NCBI GenBank assembly: GCA_918797485.1
Contig: CAKKNE010000001.1
Coordinates: 496,001 to 560,000, forward strand
Direction: 5' to 3'
Length of the DNA stretch: 64,000 nucleotides
DNA from: Pelagomonas calceolata
Taxonomy: Eukaryota
Position numbers and translations under genes: made by a program. The notes under the pieces are model-generated. The model did not search any database and had not been told where the DNA came from. It worked only from the letters and a program-made list of their open reading frames with translations. Numbering within the stretch: the stretch's first letter is position 1; each line of letters starts with the position of its first letter. Below are positions 11,760 to 22,831 of this stretch, piece by piece.

Positions 11760-11971
11760 TTGGTGCACGATGGGCAGCCCTAGGGAGTCGAGGGAGCTTC
11801 CTAGTATGTCTACGCTATGATTATTTTGCTCTCAGTACAACAAACACGAGAGCACAACTATACCCTACGTATCCACACGTTGACCGTCCTGTGACTGCTC
11901 TTTGTTCAGGCTCTTCGCTCACACGAACTGTCGAGGGCCGCAACGAGCTGCAGAGACACCTGCTCATCATC

Positions 11972-12838
11972 ATGTATAAAACTGCAGCCCTTACGGCATG
12001 CCTAGCAAGCCTCGCGGCAGCGCTGCAGGTGCCCACGCGACGCCAGTTTGGCATTGGTGTCGGCACCGCTGCCGTCGTACCACCAGCGCTGGCTGCGGGC
12101 GGTAAGGTCGTGGTCGTCGGAGGCGCCGGCTTCGTCGGTACTGAAATCTCGCATCTCTTGGCGACGCAGGGCGTCAAGGTCTGTGTGGAATCAAGTTTCG
12201 GACGCCCCACGCCATCGACGCGACGTCGTCCTCGTAACTGCATCCGCTCGATGGCGCGTAGATTCCACGCCATCGACGCGAGGTTCACTGTTATTTCCAC
12301 ATAGGTCAAGGTCGTTTCCGTTTCCCGTCGCAGCGCCGCAGCGCAAGCGCAAAAGGTCCAATACGAGCAGTTCGTCGATTTCGTCTCGCTCGACGCCTCG
12401 AAGGACGACCTTTCCAACGTGTTCAAGGGCGCGAGCGCGGTGATCTCCTGCGTCGGCGTGGCGCCGGGGCAAAAGAATCAATTGGACGGGAATGGAGCGG
12501 TGAATGAAAGGATAGCTGACGCCGCCAAGAAGGCTAAGGTAGGGCGCCTCGTATACATATCCGTCGCCTCGGCAATTTCAGAAGGCACTGGGAAGTTACT
12601 CTTCGCTGACTACGTCAAGGGCAAGGCCCAGGCCGAGGCGGCCGTACAGCGGAACTACGGCGGGGGCAGTTCGCTGATCATCCGCCCGGGCGTCATCTCC
12701 GGCGGCGGCCCCGGCCTGCCGCCCCCGCCCGGCGTGCCGCCCGTGCCCGTCGACGCCGTCGCGCGAGCAGCCGTCGCCGGCGCGCTCGGCAAGAAAAGCG
12801 GTGTGCTTGATGGGCGCGACGAGATCGTGCGCATCTAG
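11972..12838 (+). CDS. NAD(P)-binding Rossmann protein (atypical SDR) with presequence; intron 12173-12304
   Basis: VVVVGGAGFVG, AVISCVG, YVKGKAQAE, IIRPG; splicing gives TQG-VKVVSVSR in frame. Confidence 0.85.
12181..12304 (+). mobile_element. Introner-type TIR element, copy 2
   Basis: CTGTGTGGAATC...ATTTCCACATAG flanked by perfect 8-bp TSD GTCAAGGT (12173-12180 and 12305-12312). Confidence 0.92.
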
Positions 12839-12932
12839 AGTCGTCACTAGCGTAACGTGCAGTGGTGTTGCTTTGCTTAGAGTTAGGCCGCCTAGCCGCG
12901 GAGCCGCCGCGGGGTGAAACAAGGTTACGGAA

Positions 12933-13937
12933 TTAGTGGGGCGGCCGTCGCGAGGTCGCGATCGCAAACGCGTTCAGTAGCATTTCCAGTACGAATAATC
13001 GCCCCGCATCGTGGAAGTGATATGGATTTGTCACCTCGTGCCGCAGAGCGCCCTCGGAAAGGCCGCGCGCCGTCGCCTCGCCAATAGGCAACGCCACGAC
13101 CCCGTCGAACGGCGTCGCGGCCTCGACCGCCGCGGCGTCGTACGCCTCTAACGCGGATCGATTCTCGCCGCGCTTGCAAAGCTTCTCGCTTTTTCGGATG
13201 GTCCGGTCGTCGCACTGCGTGTGCGGCGGCGTCACCAAAATGAACGTCGTGCGCGGGTGCCGCGTCCGAAGCTCGGCGGAATGCGTGGCCAGCCGCTGGA
13301 AAGCTTTATGATTCACCTCGGTCAGAAACAAGACGGCATAGTCCGGCGCCGAGGCGCCGGCGCAGCTCGGAGTTCCGGCCCAACGCTTCAATGCTCGGTG
13401 GATCTGAATTTCGGCCGGCGTCCCCGTGAATGCGTAGGTCAATAACATCGATTCGCGCGAGGCCTTGCGTCTTACAACACAGCAGTCGGTGCCGGAGCAG
13501 CCGAGCAGCCAGGCCGGGCAAAACGAGCGGATACGCGAGCCACCAGGTTTGCGCTTGCACACTCCGGACGCGTAGACCTTTTCGGGGGCCACTTCCGCGG
13601 ATCCGGCGCCGTGTCCGGGCCATATCGAGACCTCGGCCTCCGGTAATGCTTGGCCGCCGATTCGGACGCCGTGTGCGTCAGGCGCTCGGCCCCCAATTAA
13701 CATGTGAAGGGCGACGACCACATGACGCGCGACGCTGTTGCCAAGCACCAGGACGTGTCGCCCCCGCAGGAGGTCCATCGCTTCCGCCGGCGCGAAGTGG
13801 CGGAGGCGCGAGTCCGGCCAGTCGTACGACGCAATGCTGTTCACGCGGCTCCATTCGACGCGATCCGCGAGCGCGCCGAAGGTCGCGTTCGACTCCGTCG
13901 CGACGACGCAGACGGCGCTGAGGAAGAGATAGCGCAT
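12933..13937 (-). CDS. Secreted SGNH/PC-esterase-like protein
   Basis: LRGRHVLVLGNSVARH block-I-like motif, C-terminal YHF, signal peptide. Confidence 0.55.
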   Translation of the reverse strand: MRYLFLSAVCVVATESNATFGALADRVEWSRVNSIASYDWPDSRLRHFAPAEAMDLLRGRHVLVLGNSVARHVVVALHMLIGGRAPDAHGVRIGGQALPEAEVSIWPGHGAGSAEVAPEKVYASGVCKRKPGGSRIRSFCPAWLLGCSGTDCCVVRRKASRESMLLTYAFTGTPAEIQIHRALKRWAGTPSCAGASAPDYAVLFLTEVNHKAFQRLATHSAELRTRHPRTTFILVTPPHTQCDDRTIRKSEKLCKRGENRSALEAYDAAAVEAATPFDGVVALPIGEATARGLSEGALRHEVTNPYHFHDAGRLFVLEMLLNAFAIATSRRPPH

Positions 13938-14170
13938 CCCAAAAGCCTGGCAAAAGTTGTGGCCAGACCTGAGTTTGCAAACTCTCGAGCCACGGCTTGC
14001 GACGCTTCCCCCGGTGCGGCGCATACACGAAGGTATTGAAACGGGTGGTCAGTGCACAAACTAGACGGCAAAGCGCTCAGCGAGCCATGTCAAAAAGTTG
14101 AGAAACCCGTGCGATACTCGTCCGGCACGGTGGCGAACCGTCGAGTTTGATATAATAAGCTTGTTGTTAG

Positions 14171-17053
14171 TTAGTGGGACGACGGCGGACAGGAGAGGTC
14201 GCCCGCGGCATAGGCGAACGCTAGCGCCGACGCCGAGTGCCGCGCGTCCCGCAGGTAGTGCGTGAAGCGGCGGCCCGCGAAGGTCGCCTCGCGCGCCGCC
14301 TCGCCGCCGAAGATGGCCCGCAGGGCCGGCGCGTAGTCGAGGGCCGGCTCGGGGCCGAGCCGCGGCGGAGCCAGATCGTCGCCGACGGCGCAGCGCGCCG
14401 CGTATAGCGCGTCGCGGTGGCGCTCGCGCACCGGGGCCGGCGTCGGCGCCGCGACGAGCAGGTCTAGCCCTAAAGACGCCGCCGCGCGGTCGGCGCCGGT
14501 CGACGGCCGCGGAGCCGCTGTAGCGAAGCGCAGCACGCCGGCGCGCCGCGCGGCCCGCGTGTCGTCGTCGTCGACGAGGCGCTCGTCGGCGTCTCCGGAG
14601 CGGAAGGCGTCGACGGCGGACCGCGCCTCGGCGAGCGCCGCGGCCGCCGCGAGCGCGGTGGCGTCGCTTGACGGCGGTCGTACGCGCGGCGGCGGCGCCC
14701 ACGGCGCCGACGGGGCCGCGGGTTCGGTCTCCATAGGCGCCTCCGGCTCGGCCGGTGTAGCTGGTACCGTGGGTTCGGTCTCCATAGGGGCCGCTTGCGT
14801 GACGACGACGGGCGGCGTGGCCGGCACCGGCGCGGCGGCCGGCACGTCCGGCGCGGGCAGCGGGTCGGCGGCGTCGGCCGCCGCGTCCTCCTCCTCCTCA
14901 TCATCATCATCGACAACAACGCGGCGCCGCGGCTTCTTGCGCGGCGACGGTGCGTTCTCCGGCGACACCTCGGCAACCACACCATCCTTGGCCGAGGGGC
15001 TCTCGGGCACGGCCTCGTCCTCGTCGTCCGACGCGCCGGCGTGGCGCCGGAGCCGGCCGCGCGGCGCCTCGTCCTCGTCGTCGGGCTCTTCGGCCTCGTA
15101 GGCGACGAGCGCGCCGAAGGCGACCGCGTCGGACCGCGCGCCGTCACTACGGACGACCACGATCGCCTCGAAGCGCTGGGCGGGCCGCGCCTTTGGAATA
15201 TCCACAAAGGCCTGGAGCCGCCCGCCGACGTGCGTTATTTGATCGAAGGCGACGCGCCTTCCGTCAATCAACGCGTACCCGTCGTCGCAGCACGCCACGT
15301 GTATGAGCACGCGGCCTCCATTTCGCGGCACGATTTGAGGTGAGATGGAGGTTATAGAAGGAGGTTCGGCGTCGTGCGAGGGACACCACGGCTCAATTTC
15401 TTCATGAGAGGTCGTCGCGACCTCGTCCTCAGAGGCGGGCCCGTCATCTAACAAAGCAGCATCGAGCAGCACGAGGGCCTTGCGCGCGTCGCCGTCAGCC
15501 AACGCCGCGACGTGCGCCCTTACGAGACTCCACGCGTCGCCCGGTGCGCGCGCCGCCAACAAAGACTCGAGAGAATCGTCGGAACAGAAGGGTAGCTGGA
15601 AGTAGCGCGGGCAGCCGAGCTTCGTCGCCAAGACCCCGCACCGCGCGCCGTCGGCGTCCCTAGAGACCGTACACGTCGCCACGACGGGGCAGCGCGCGTT
15701 CTTCACTAGATCTCGCAACGCCCTTGCACGCTGCGGGTCGTTCACTATCGAAGCGTCGACGTCATCAACTAAAACCAACTGGCGCGCGCCCTTGAGCCGG
15801 CGCGACGACGTGGCTTCCTTGTAGCGCTTCTGGAGCTCGTTCGCGGGCGCCGAGGCATCTAGTTCCATCGTCAGCACCGAAAACCCAGCCTGCTGCGCCG
15901 CTTCTCGCGCTACTCTTGTCTTGCCGCAGCCGAGGGGCCCGGCGATCAGTGAAGCGCCTTGGACCTCGGCCTCGTCGTCGCTGTCGAAGTACGCGTCGTC
16001 ATCTGATAAAGAGGCTCGTCCGGCCGCGCCCCACTGCGTCCGCAGCCACTCCACCAAACCGCGCCGGGCGTTGACGCAATTTTCTCCTATCAGCTCCGAG
16101 TCCGAAGGAGGCGGCACTTGTGTAGCTCTTGCTTTCCGAGCGAGTGTCCTTAGCACATCGTCCGTCGCTTCCGCCGGGATGCTTAGAGGCAGCGCGGGCC
16201 GCAGCCGCGGCGCGTCATCAGTACCGAAGGTCGGGAAGGGCTTCTCGAGAATACTGGACGCGAGGCCGTCCGCCTTCTCATCACTAAAAGCGGAGCCGGC
16301 GCGTGGCACTGAAGGCGCGAAGGGCGCCTCGAGGCGCTCCGGAGCCGTAGAGACCGCCTTCTGCGATGGCTTCTTGGCCGCGGCGCGCTTCTCGAAGAAG
16401 GGGTTCGAGGCCCCCCCACCAAACGCCGCCGTCTCGACGGAGCGCAGCTGGGCCGCGCGCCGCGCGTCGTCCTCGCGCTTCTGGGCCTCGGCCTTCCGCC
16501 GCGCGGCCTCGGCCTCGGCTTTACGCTCGTCCTTGGTCTTGAAGATGGCGGCCTTCTTCTTCTTGGGCTTGCGGCGCCTCTTCCGCAGCGCCTCGACGTC
16601 CTCATCATCAGACTCGTCGTCGTTGCCGCTCCACTCGGGCTCGTCGTCGTCATTGTTGGCGGCCCGGCGCCGCGCGGCGTCCGCTAATCTAGCTGACGCG
16701 CGCCGTGGTCTTGATGGGGCCTCTTCTTCCTCGTCCTCGTCCTCCCGTGCGCGCTTCGGCGCCTCGTCGTTCTCCTCCGCGTCGTCCTCGGCCGCGGGCT
16801 GCCGCGCGCGCTTGGGCGGCGGCGCCTCAGGTTCGTCCTCGGCCTCGTCCTCGTCGCTCTCGACGACGACGACAGCGGGCTCCTTGCGCCTCTTGGGCGC
16901 GAAGATGGGCGCGAGCGGCTTCTTTGGCTTCGGAGGCGCGGCGGCCGGTGCGGGCGCCGGCGCTGGCGCCGCTTCCGCGGGCGGCGCCGCTTCCGCCTCC
17001 GCGGGCGGCGCGACCTTGGCCTTCTTCTTGCGCGGCTTGAAGAAATCGTTCAT
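14171..17053 (-). CDS. RFC large-subunit-like AAA+ ATPase (ATAD5/Elg1 or RFC1 family)
   Basis: Walker A GPLGCGKT, ELDAS, Walker B VLVDDVD, ARCPVVATC, GDARKA; N-terminal MNDFFKP and NPFF motifs. Confidence 0.7.
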   Translation of the reverse strand: MNDFFKPRKKKAKVAPPAEAEAAPPAEAAPAPAPAPAAAPPKPKKPLAPIFAPKRRKEPAVVVVESDEDEAEDEPEAPPPKRARQPAAEDDAEENDEAPKRAREDEDEEEEAPSRPRRASARLADAARRRAANNDDDEPEWSGNDDESDDEDVEALRKRRRKPKKKKAAIFKTKDERKAEAEAARRKAEAQKREDDARRAAQLRSVETAAFGGGASNPFFEKRAAAKKPSQKAVSTAPERLEAPFAPSVPRAGSAFSDEKADGLASSILEKPFPTFGTDDAPRLRPALPLSIPAEATDDVLRTLARKARATQVPPPSDSELIGENCVNARRGLVEWLRTQWGAAGRASLSDDDAYFDSDDEAEVQGASLIAGPLGCGKTRVAREAAQQAGFSVLTMELDASAPANELQKRYKEATSSRRLKGARQLVLVDDVDASIVNDPQRARALRDLVKNARCPVVATCTVSRDADGARCGVLATKLGCPRYFQLPFCSDDSLESLLAARAPGDAWSLVRAHVAALADGDARKALVLLDAALLDDGPASEDEVATTSHEEIEPWCPSHDAEPPSITSISPQIVPRNGGRVLIHVACCDDGYALIDGRRVAFDQITHVGGRLQAFVDIPKARPAQRFEAIVVVRSDGARSDAVAFGALVAYEAEEPDDEDEAPRGRLRRHAGASDDEDEAVPESPSAKDGVVAEVSPENAPSPRKKPRRRVVVDDDDEEEEDAAADAADPLPAPDVPAAAPVPATPPVVVTQAAPMETEPTVPATPAEPEAPMETEPAAPSAPWAPPPRVRPPSSDATALAAAAALAEARSAVDAFRSGDADERLVDDDDTRAARRAGVLRFATAAPRPSTGADRAAASLGLDLLVAAPTPAPVRERHRDALYAARCAVGDDLAPPRLGPEPALDYAPALRAIFGGEAAREATFAGRRFTHYLRDARHSASALAFAYAAGDLSCPPSSH

Positions 17054-17371
17054 TTTGGCACCAATGCGCTTGCGCAGCGCAGCAGGAGCTCGGATGGCGT
17101 TTTAAACTCAGGCCTTTGTTAACGGCACGGCGCGGCTATTTTTGGGCACAGCCTTGCGGAGCCGTATGCCTGGAGCTAATCCGCAGCGCGACAACCCACA
17201 TATATTGCCAAGCGCAGCGCCAGAGCCAGCCGCAGCTTAAAAAGCCGGCGCGGTTGCTAGTGTCTTACCGCTAGCGAACGAATTCTGGGGATTGCGTCCA
17301 CTGCTGTACAGCAATGGCCCCAATGTGTGTGGTGTTAGCGGTAGAATAGACAGACCAAATATATTTACACA

Positions 17372-18446
17372 CTACATCCCAACAACCGCCTCCGCGAGCG
17401 CGGCAACGCCAGCGTTCACCTTCGTCAAACCGGGAAAGTCCTCGGTGTCGCAGCGCGTCGGTCCGCGATTCAATATGCAGATCGGAGTACCGTCGTCGCG
17501 CGCGCGGCGAGCGAAGCGGAAGGCTGAGTAGACAGCGAGCGACGTGCCAATGCACAATAACCCGTCGGCATCGTCAAGTGCCGCCGAGCACGCCTCGACT
17601 CGATCCTTCGGAACGACGTCTCCGAAGAACGTCACAGCGGGCTTGATGAGGCCGCCACAGGCGCCGCACGGGGCGATGTCGTCGAAGCCCGAGATGTCGT
17701 CGACCGCCGCGTCGGCATCGGGCCGGAGCGCTTGGGCGCCGTCACGCGCCGAGCCAATGACCCCCGCGTAGTTCGGGTTCCGAGCCGCCAGCGTAGAATG
17801 GTACTCGCCGCGGCACGATTCTGCTCCGCACGACATGCACTGGACCCGATAGCCACGCCCGTGGAGCGGTATCACCTTCCGCGAGCCCGCGGCCTCGTGA
17901 AGACCGTCGACGTTCTGCGTGATCACTTGGGAAACCACGCCGGCCTCCTCCAACGCAGCCACAGCAAAATGCGCGTCGTTGGGCTTCGCCGCCGCAAAGG
18001 CCGGATACCTGTGTGGACATCAACCAGTGAATTATGGGGACTCGCGTTGATGGCGTGGAGCGCCTGAAATTTGATTTCCACACAGGGCCGCACCCGACGA
18101 GCGCCCGCGCCCAGTATCTCCGCCGTGACGACTCGTTCCGCATGAACTCATCATGGCCGATAGGCACGTGACCAAGTCGATAGGAGCCCGCCTTGCCACG
18201 ATAATCAGGAATGCCGCTGTCCGTCGAGAGACCAGCCCCGGTCAGCACGACGACGTTACGCTTGTCGCTGAGCCACTGCGCGAGCCTCTGCGCGGCGGCC
18301 GGGTCGTCTTTCTCGGCGGGCGCTTGCAGCAACCCTTCCAGGCGGCCGCTTAGAGTCGCCTTGGGCTTCCAGGCGACGCGTGGTGCGATTGTCGACGCGC
18401 GGCGCAGAGTCATCAGCAGCACCATCGTTGTGCTCCTTGTTAGCAT
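17372..18446 (-). CDS. SIRT4: Class II sirtuin (SIRT4-like); intron 18009-18093
   Basis: GAGLSTDSGIPDYRG, RRRYWAR, TQNVDGLH, LHG, CxxC pairs, LRPDAD, GTSLAVYSAFRF; splicing gives ALVG-YPAFAAAKPN. Confidence 0.9.
18009..18085 (-). mobile_element. Introner-type TIR element, copy 3 (TSD decayed)
   Basis: Minus strand CTGTGTGGAAATC...GATGTCCACACAG; donor GT exactly 8 nt before the TIR; flanks GTGCGGCC and GTATCCGG. Confidence 0.85.
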
Positions 18447-18887
18447 GGGGCTTCGTTCAGACGCCGCGAGTCAGTGCGTCAGGGAGCCACTGCTCTGAGC
18501 TAAGTTGGCACGCAGCGAAGCGGAGGCGGTGCAAACCAGCCGATCAGCCGTCGATGGCGTCGAGAGCTGGTAACCCGGGTGTCAAGTGTCCCCGAGCAAC
18601 AGATTGCAGCGTTTAGCGCGGTGGTGCCGAGTTAATTTGTTGCACGCTAGTGATAACGATACTAGGAAGGGCCGGCGCCGCGGTTCGAGGCCGCGCGCTT
18701 GCAAGCAACGCGCCGTCCAGAGCTCGTTCACCACAAATTATTCACGCTGTGGTCAATAGTTTGGCTCGGGCGACGCGCTCCGACAACCACAGCGAGTCCG
18801 CCCCTTTAGACTCGCGAGGGCCTCAGGACGCGCCTGACGCCGCGCGCAGCACTGCGCAACGCGCGAGCGCCGAAACGCGCCTAAAGC

Positions 18888-20363
18888 ATGGCCAAGGCCG
18901 ACGTCGAGATGGCCGACGCCGCGCCCGCGCCCGCGCCCGCCGCGGCCGACGACAAGGACAAGGCGCCGCCGCCCTTCGACGTCGCCCAGGGCATCGCGAA
19001 GAACGTTGGGTTTGTAAGAAAGGCCGTGGAAGGTTCCCAGCCGCGATTACTCGCGCGCGCGCTCCGGAACACGACGCCCGTCCGCCGGAAGTGTTGTGCC
19101 GCGGACCTCGCAAACGCTCTTAGGGCGCACTTGCCTTCTGATGCGCGCGTGCTGCGGGACGCGGCGCTCGCTGCATTAGGACCCGTCGAAACGGATGCGG
19201 CCATGACGGATGCTGATGAGGTCCCCGAGGACGCGCCCGTGGAAGTGGAAGTGTATTTAGCGTTTCTGGTGGTCGCGTTTCTGGTCAGGGAGAAGAGGTA
19301 TGAGGACGCCACAAAACTCTGCGAGGCGTCCTTACCAAGGCTGCGGACCATGATGCGGGAGCGTAGAGCCGTGGACGCTTTGGCAGCAAAATTCTACTTC
19401 TACCTGGCCTTATGTCACGAGAAGCTCGGCACTTCTGCCAATGTTGCCGCTACATTATTCGCGGCCCATAGGACCGCGGTCTTGCAGCACGCCGACGTGT
19501 CTGCGGCCACGTTGTTGAATGCATTACTGCGCGGTTTGTTAGCCGCCAATAGAGTAGAAGCTGCCTTAAAACTCGTCTCGAAGACGGACTTTCCCGAGTC
19601 GGCGTCGAACCCCCAGTTCTGCCGCTACTTGTACTATACGGGTCGCATCCAAGCTTTGCAATTGGACTACACGGACGCCCATACCAAATTGATGCAGTCG
19701 CAGCGCAAGGCGCCGGCCACAACAGCTGTGGGGTTTCGCGTCGAGATCCAGAAGCTCGCGGTTTTAGTGCAGTTATTGATGGGCGAGGTACCTGATAGAA
19801 GTTCGTTTGAGGGTTTTAAGGGCAGGGCGCTCGAGCCCTACTTACAACTCACAAGGGCGGTGCGGAGGGGAGACCTACCGGCTTATCGCGCGTGCGTCGC
19901 GGAGCACGCGGATACGTTCGATCGCGACCGGACGCGGTCGTTGGTAGCAAGGTTGGAACGAAATGTCGTCAAGACGGGCCTGAGGAGGTTAAACGTCTCC
20001 TACTCGAGGATCTCGTTGGACGACGTCCGCGCGCGACTCCACCTCGACAGCGCCGCCTCCGCGGAGTTCGTCTGCGCCAAGGCTATTAAAGACGGTGTTA
20101 TAGATGCGGTCATCGACCACGACAACCAGCAGATTAGATCTAAAGGAGTCGCCGACGTCTATAGTACGAACGAGCCGCAGAAGGCCTTCCACCGGCGCAT
20201 CGTCTTCTGCCTCGACGTGCGCAACGAGGCCGTCAAGGCCATGCAGTACCCGCCGGACACGGGCAAGAAGAAGCAACCGGATGAGGACGACAAGGAGGAG
20301 AAGCAGACGGACGAGGAGATCGCGAAGGAGATCGAGGAGGAGCTGGGCGACGAGCTGCCCTAG
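18888..20363 (+). CDS. RPN3: 26S proteasome lid subunit Rpn3/PSMD3
   Basis: RYLYYTGRIQALQLDY, NVVKTGLRRLNVSYSRISL, AKAIKDGVIDA, YSTNEPQKAFHRRIVFCL. Confidence 0.95.
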   Translation: MAKADVEMADAAPAPAPAAADDKDKAPPPFDVAQGIAKNVGFVRKAVEGSQPRLLARALRNTTPVRRKCCAADLANALRAHLPSDARVLRDAALAALGPVETDAAMTDADEVPEDAPVEVEVYLAFLVVAFLVREKRYEDATKLCEASLPRLRTMMRERRAVDALAAKFYFYLALCHEKLGTSANVAATLFAAHRTAVLQHADVSAATLLNALLRGLLAANRVEAALKLVSKTDFPESASNPQFCRYLYYTGRIQALQLDYTDAHTKLMQSQRKAPATTAVGFRVEIQKLAVLVQLLMGEVPDRSSFEGFKGRALEPYLQLTRAVRRGDLPAYRACVAEHADTFDRDRTRSLVARLERNVVKTGLRRLNVSYSRISLDDVRARLHLDSAASAEFVCAKAIKDGVIDAVIDHDNQQIRSKGVADVYSTNEPQKAFHRRIVFCLDVRNEAVKAMQYPPDTGKKKQPDEDDKEEKQTDEEIAKEIEEELGDELP

Positions 20364-20378
20364 GTTTGTCCGTCTTTA

Positions 20379-21710
20379 TTAACTATACCGCACATCACTA
20401 ACATGGAGGCGCTGTGCGCACGCCTCCGCCGCGTGTTTCCCCGACAGCGCGGCGGCGACGACGCCCGGCGGCCGCGGCGAGCAGAAGTCGCCGGCGTAGT
20501 AGAGGCCGAGGTCCCCGCCGTCGACGAAGTCCTCGTCACCGGCGCCTCCGCCCCCGAGACCCGCGAACTGTTCCGTGGACGACGCGTCGAACGCGGTCCC
20601 GAGCACGTCCTTTGTTGCGTCCGAGCGGCCGTCGGCGTCGCGGCCGTGCGTAAGCGGTGCAGGCATTGCAGAACCCCAGCGCTGCGCGTGGAGATACGTG
20701 TGCGCCGGTAGCGGCGCGCCGACCGCGGCGGCGAAGGCATCGAGCAGCGCCCGCGCGGGCGCCTCCAAGACCTCGGGGCTTTGCGGGATGAAGGCGCCCG
20801 TGGCCGGGTCCCGCATCGGCACGCGCTCGACCTCGGCCGCCGCCCACGCCGGCGTGCTGACGAGCGTCCAGCACTCCTTCTCGAGCGCTTCAAAGCCCGG
20901 CTTCGAATTGGTCTTCGCCGCGAACCAGAGCGTCGAGTCTTGGAAAGACGATGCATCGTAGGGAACAGGCACTCGTTCCTCGAACGCGACAATTGCGGTG
21001 AACATGGCGACGCGCACCCGATCCCGGACGCGTTTCGACATCGCAAGAAACGCCTCGGGCAGGCCCGCCGACGCGCGGTGCCAGGACTCCTGGGCCGCCG
21101 ACGCGTCGGTGACGACGACGGCGTCGAATTCTCCGAGCGCTGCGGCCGCACGCGCCGCCTCTACATCTGAAGACTTAAGCTTCGAGTCGTGGATGGCCGC
21201 TTCGCCTCCAACCCCTGACAGAGCCCAGCGATCACCAGCGCGCGCGACGGCGCCCACGCGAACACCGCAGCGCGCCACAAAGTTCGAGTGGTTGCATTCT
21301 AACATTTGTGCGGCGCCTGCCGTGACCGTATGCATGCCACCGACTCCGACGTATACCGTTTCGCTACCGATGCCGAAGAAATCGCCCGCGCCGGCGAATT
21401 TGCCTTGCCACTCCGCCGCGAGGCCGGCCGCGAGCCACGGATCGAGAATCTTTTCGCGGAACTCGGCGTCGCCGCCCTGGAAAAATTGGCAGCCGTGGTC
21501 AAAGGCCATCGACGAGCGCGCCCACGGCGCCACGACCTCGCCGTCATCAACGCGGCGGTGCGACGCTCGCCCGCCGAGGCCTCGTCCTTGGTCGAACAAC
21601 GTTATGCGCGCGCCGGGGAGCAAACGCGCCAGCGTCGTGGCGGCGACCGTTCCCGTGATGCCTCCTCCGACTATTGCGACCTCTGGTTCCTTCACGACCT
21701 CTGGTTCCAT
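20379..21710 (-). CDS. Renalase-like FAD-dependent oxidoreductase
   Basis: VAIVGGGITG, FDQGRGLGGR, FDHGCQFF, YVGVGGM, QRWGSA, AGDF; true start uncertain. Confidence 0.85.
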   Translation of the reverse strand: MEPEVVKEPEVAIVGGGITGTVAATTLARLLPGARITLFDQGRGLGGRASHRRVDDGEVVAPWARSSMAFDHGCQFFQGGDAEFREKILDPWLAAGLAAEWQGKFAGAGDFFGIGSETVYVGVGGMHTVTAGAAQMLECNHSNFVARCGVRVGAVARAGDRWALSGVGGEAAIHDSKLKSSDVEAARAAAALGEFDAVVVTDASAAQESWHRASAGLPEAFLAMSKRVRDRVRVAMFTAIVAFEERVPVPYDASSFQDSTLWFAAKTNSKPGFEALEKECWTLVSTPAWAAAEVERVPMRDPATGAFIPQSPEVLEAPARALLDAFAAAVGAPLPAHTYLHAQRWGSAMPAPLTHGRDADGRSDATKDVLGTAFDASSTEQFAGLGGGGAGDEDFVDGGDLGLYYAGDFCSPRPPGVVAAALSGKHAAEACAQRLHVSDVRYS

Positions 21711-21982
21711 CGATTCGATGAGCAATTGCAATTTATGAGCCCTGTGCGTGGCGGCTTCAGGCGCAAGGCACTCGTGCCGCCGCTGCCGAAGAGCTCGTCA
21801 GCCGTCGCGCACGTACTGTAGCGGGCGCCCACAACGCTTTTTGAACAGCTGGCCTCCGCCAGAGGCTGTTTTTACAGCCAGCCTGCAGACAGCCTCTCCG
21901 GCCACTTTTGAGCTGCAGCTCTGGCCGGCGCGACGCGTGCGTTCACGAAGCTGCCGACGCGCGCAAAGCCGACGCCAAAGCA

Positions 21983-22806
21983 ATGCTGCACCTCTGCACC
22001 CGCCGCCTCGCCCGACGCGCAAGCACCGGCGTCCATAAACAGACAGGCGACCTCTCTCCTGGGCTCCGCTTCCCCCGTAGCGCCGCCCATCTCGCAAAGC
22101 GTCGCCGAGAAGAATGCATGGGTCGTCTTTCGGCGCCGGCCCGCGGAAACGCGACCCTGGGCCGCCGCCTAAATCCCCGCGCGACACGCAGGTCCCGCGG
22201 CGCGCTCTCGCGCTCGGCGACCACTTCTTTTCCAAGGACGGCGCGCTCCGACGGGACCCTACACAAGTTTCCCACTTCGAGCTCCTCGGATTACCGAAGG
22301 GCCTCGACGTCGACGACGATGCGCTCGACGAGGGCCTGCGTGTCTTGCAGCGACGGCTCCACCCGGACCGCTTCGCGACCTCGACTCAGGAGCAGCGGGA
22401 CCTCGCGGACGCGGCGTCGGCGCGCGTCAACGGCGCGACGGCGGTCCTGAGAGACGATCTGCGGCGGGCGGACTACCTGCTGCTCCTCGAGACCGGGACC
22501 TCCGTTTTAGATGATGAGACGCGGACCGCGCCGCCTTCATTACTGATGGAGGTCATGGAGGTGCGCGAGGCCATTGACGAGGCGACGGACGGCGGCGCGC
22601 TCGAGGCGCTCGTCGCCGCGAACGACGCGCGCGTTGTAGATGCGAAGGCGCGGCTCCGCGCGGAAGTTGATGGAGGCGACCTCGAGGCCGCATCAAATGT
22701 CGTCGTGGAGCTCAACTTCTACGGCAAGATCGAGGGCGAGGCCCTCGCGAAGGCCGACGGCGAGGGCTGGAGCGTCGCGTTCGGGGACCGACGGCGTCAG
22801 GCATAG
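21983..22806 (+). CDS. HSCB: Fe-S cluster co-chaperone HscB/Hsc20, mitochondrial; probable intron 22031-22191
   Basis: HFELLGL...LQRRLHPDRF J-domain, RADYLL, LLMEVMEVRE; phase-0 GT-AG intron joins an Arg-rich presequence. Confidence 0.85.
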
Positions 22807-22831
22807 TTTTAGGTGTTGTTAGGTGTGTTCT

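Noticed and set aside
15921..17105. Long antisense ORFs, e.g. 15921-17105, 25285-26397, 61348-62427
   Set aside because: Shadow frames of GC-rich genes with Arg/Ala/Ser-rich composition and no motifs
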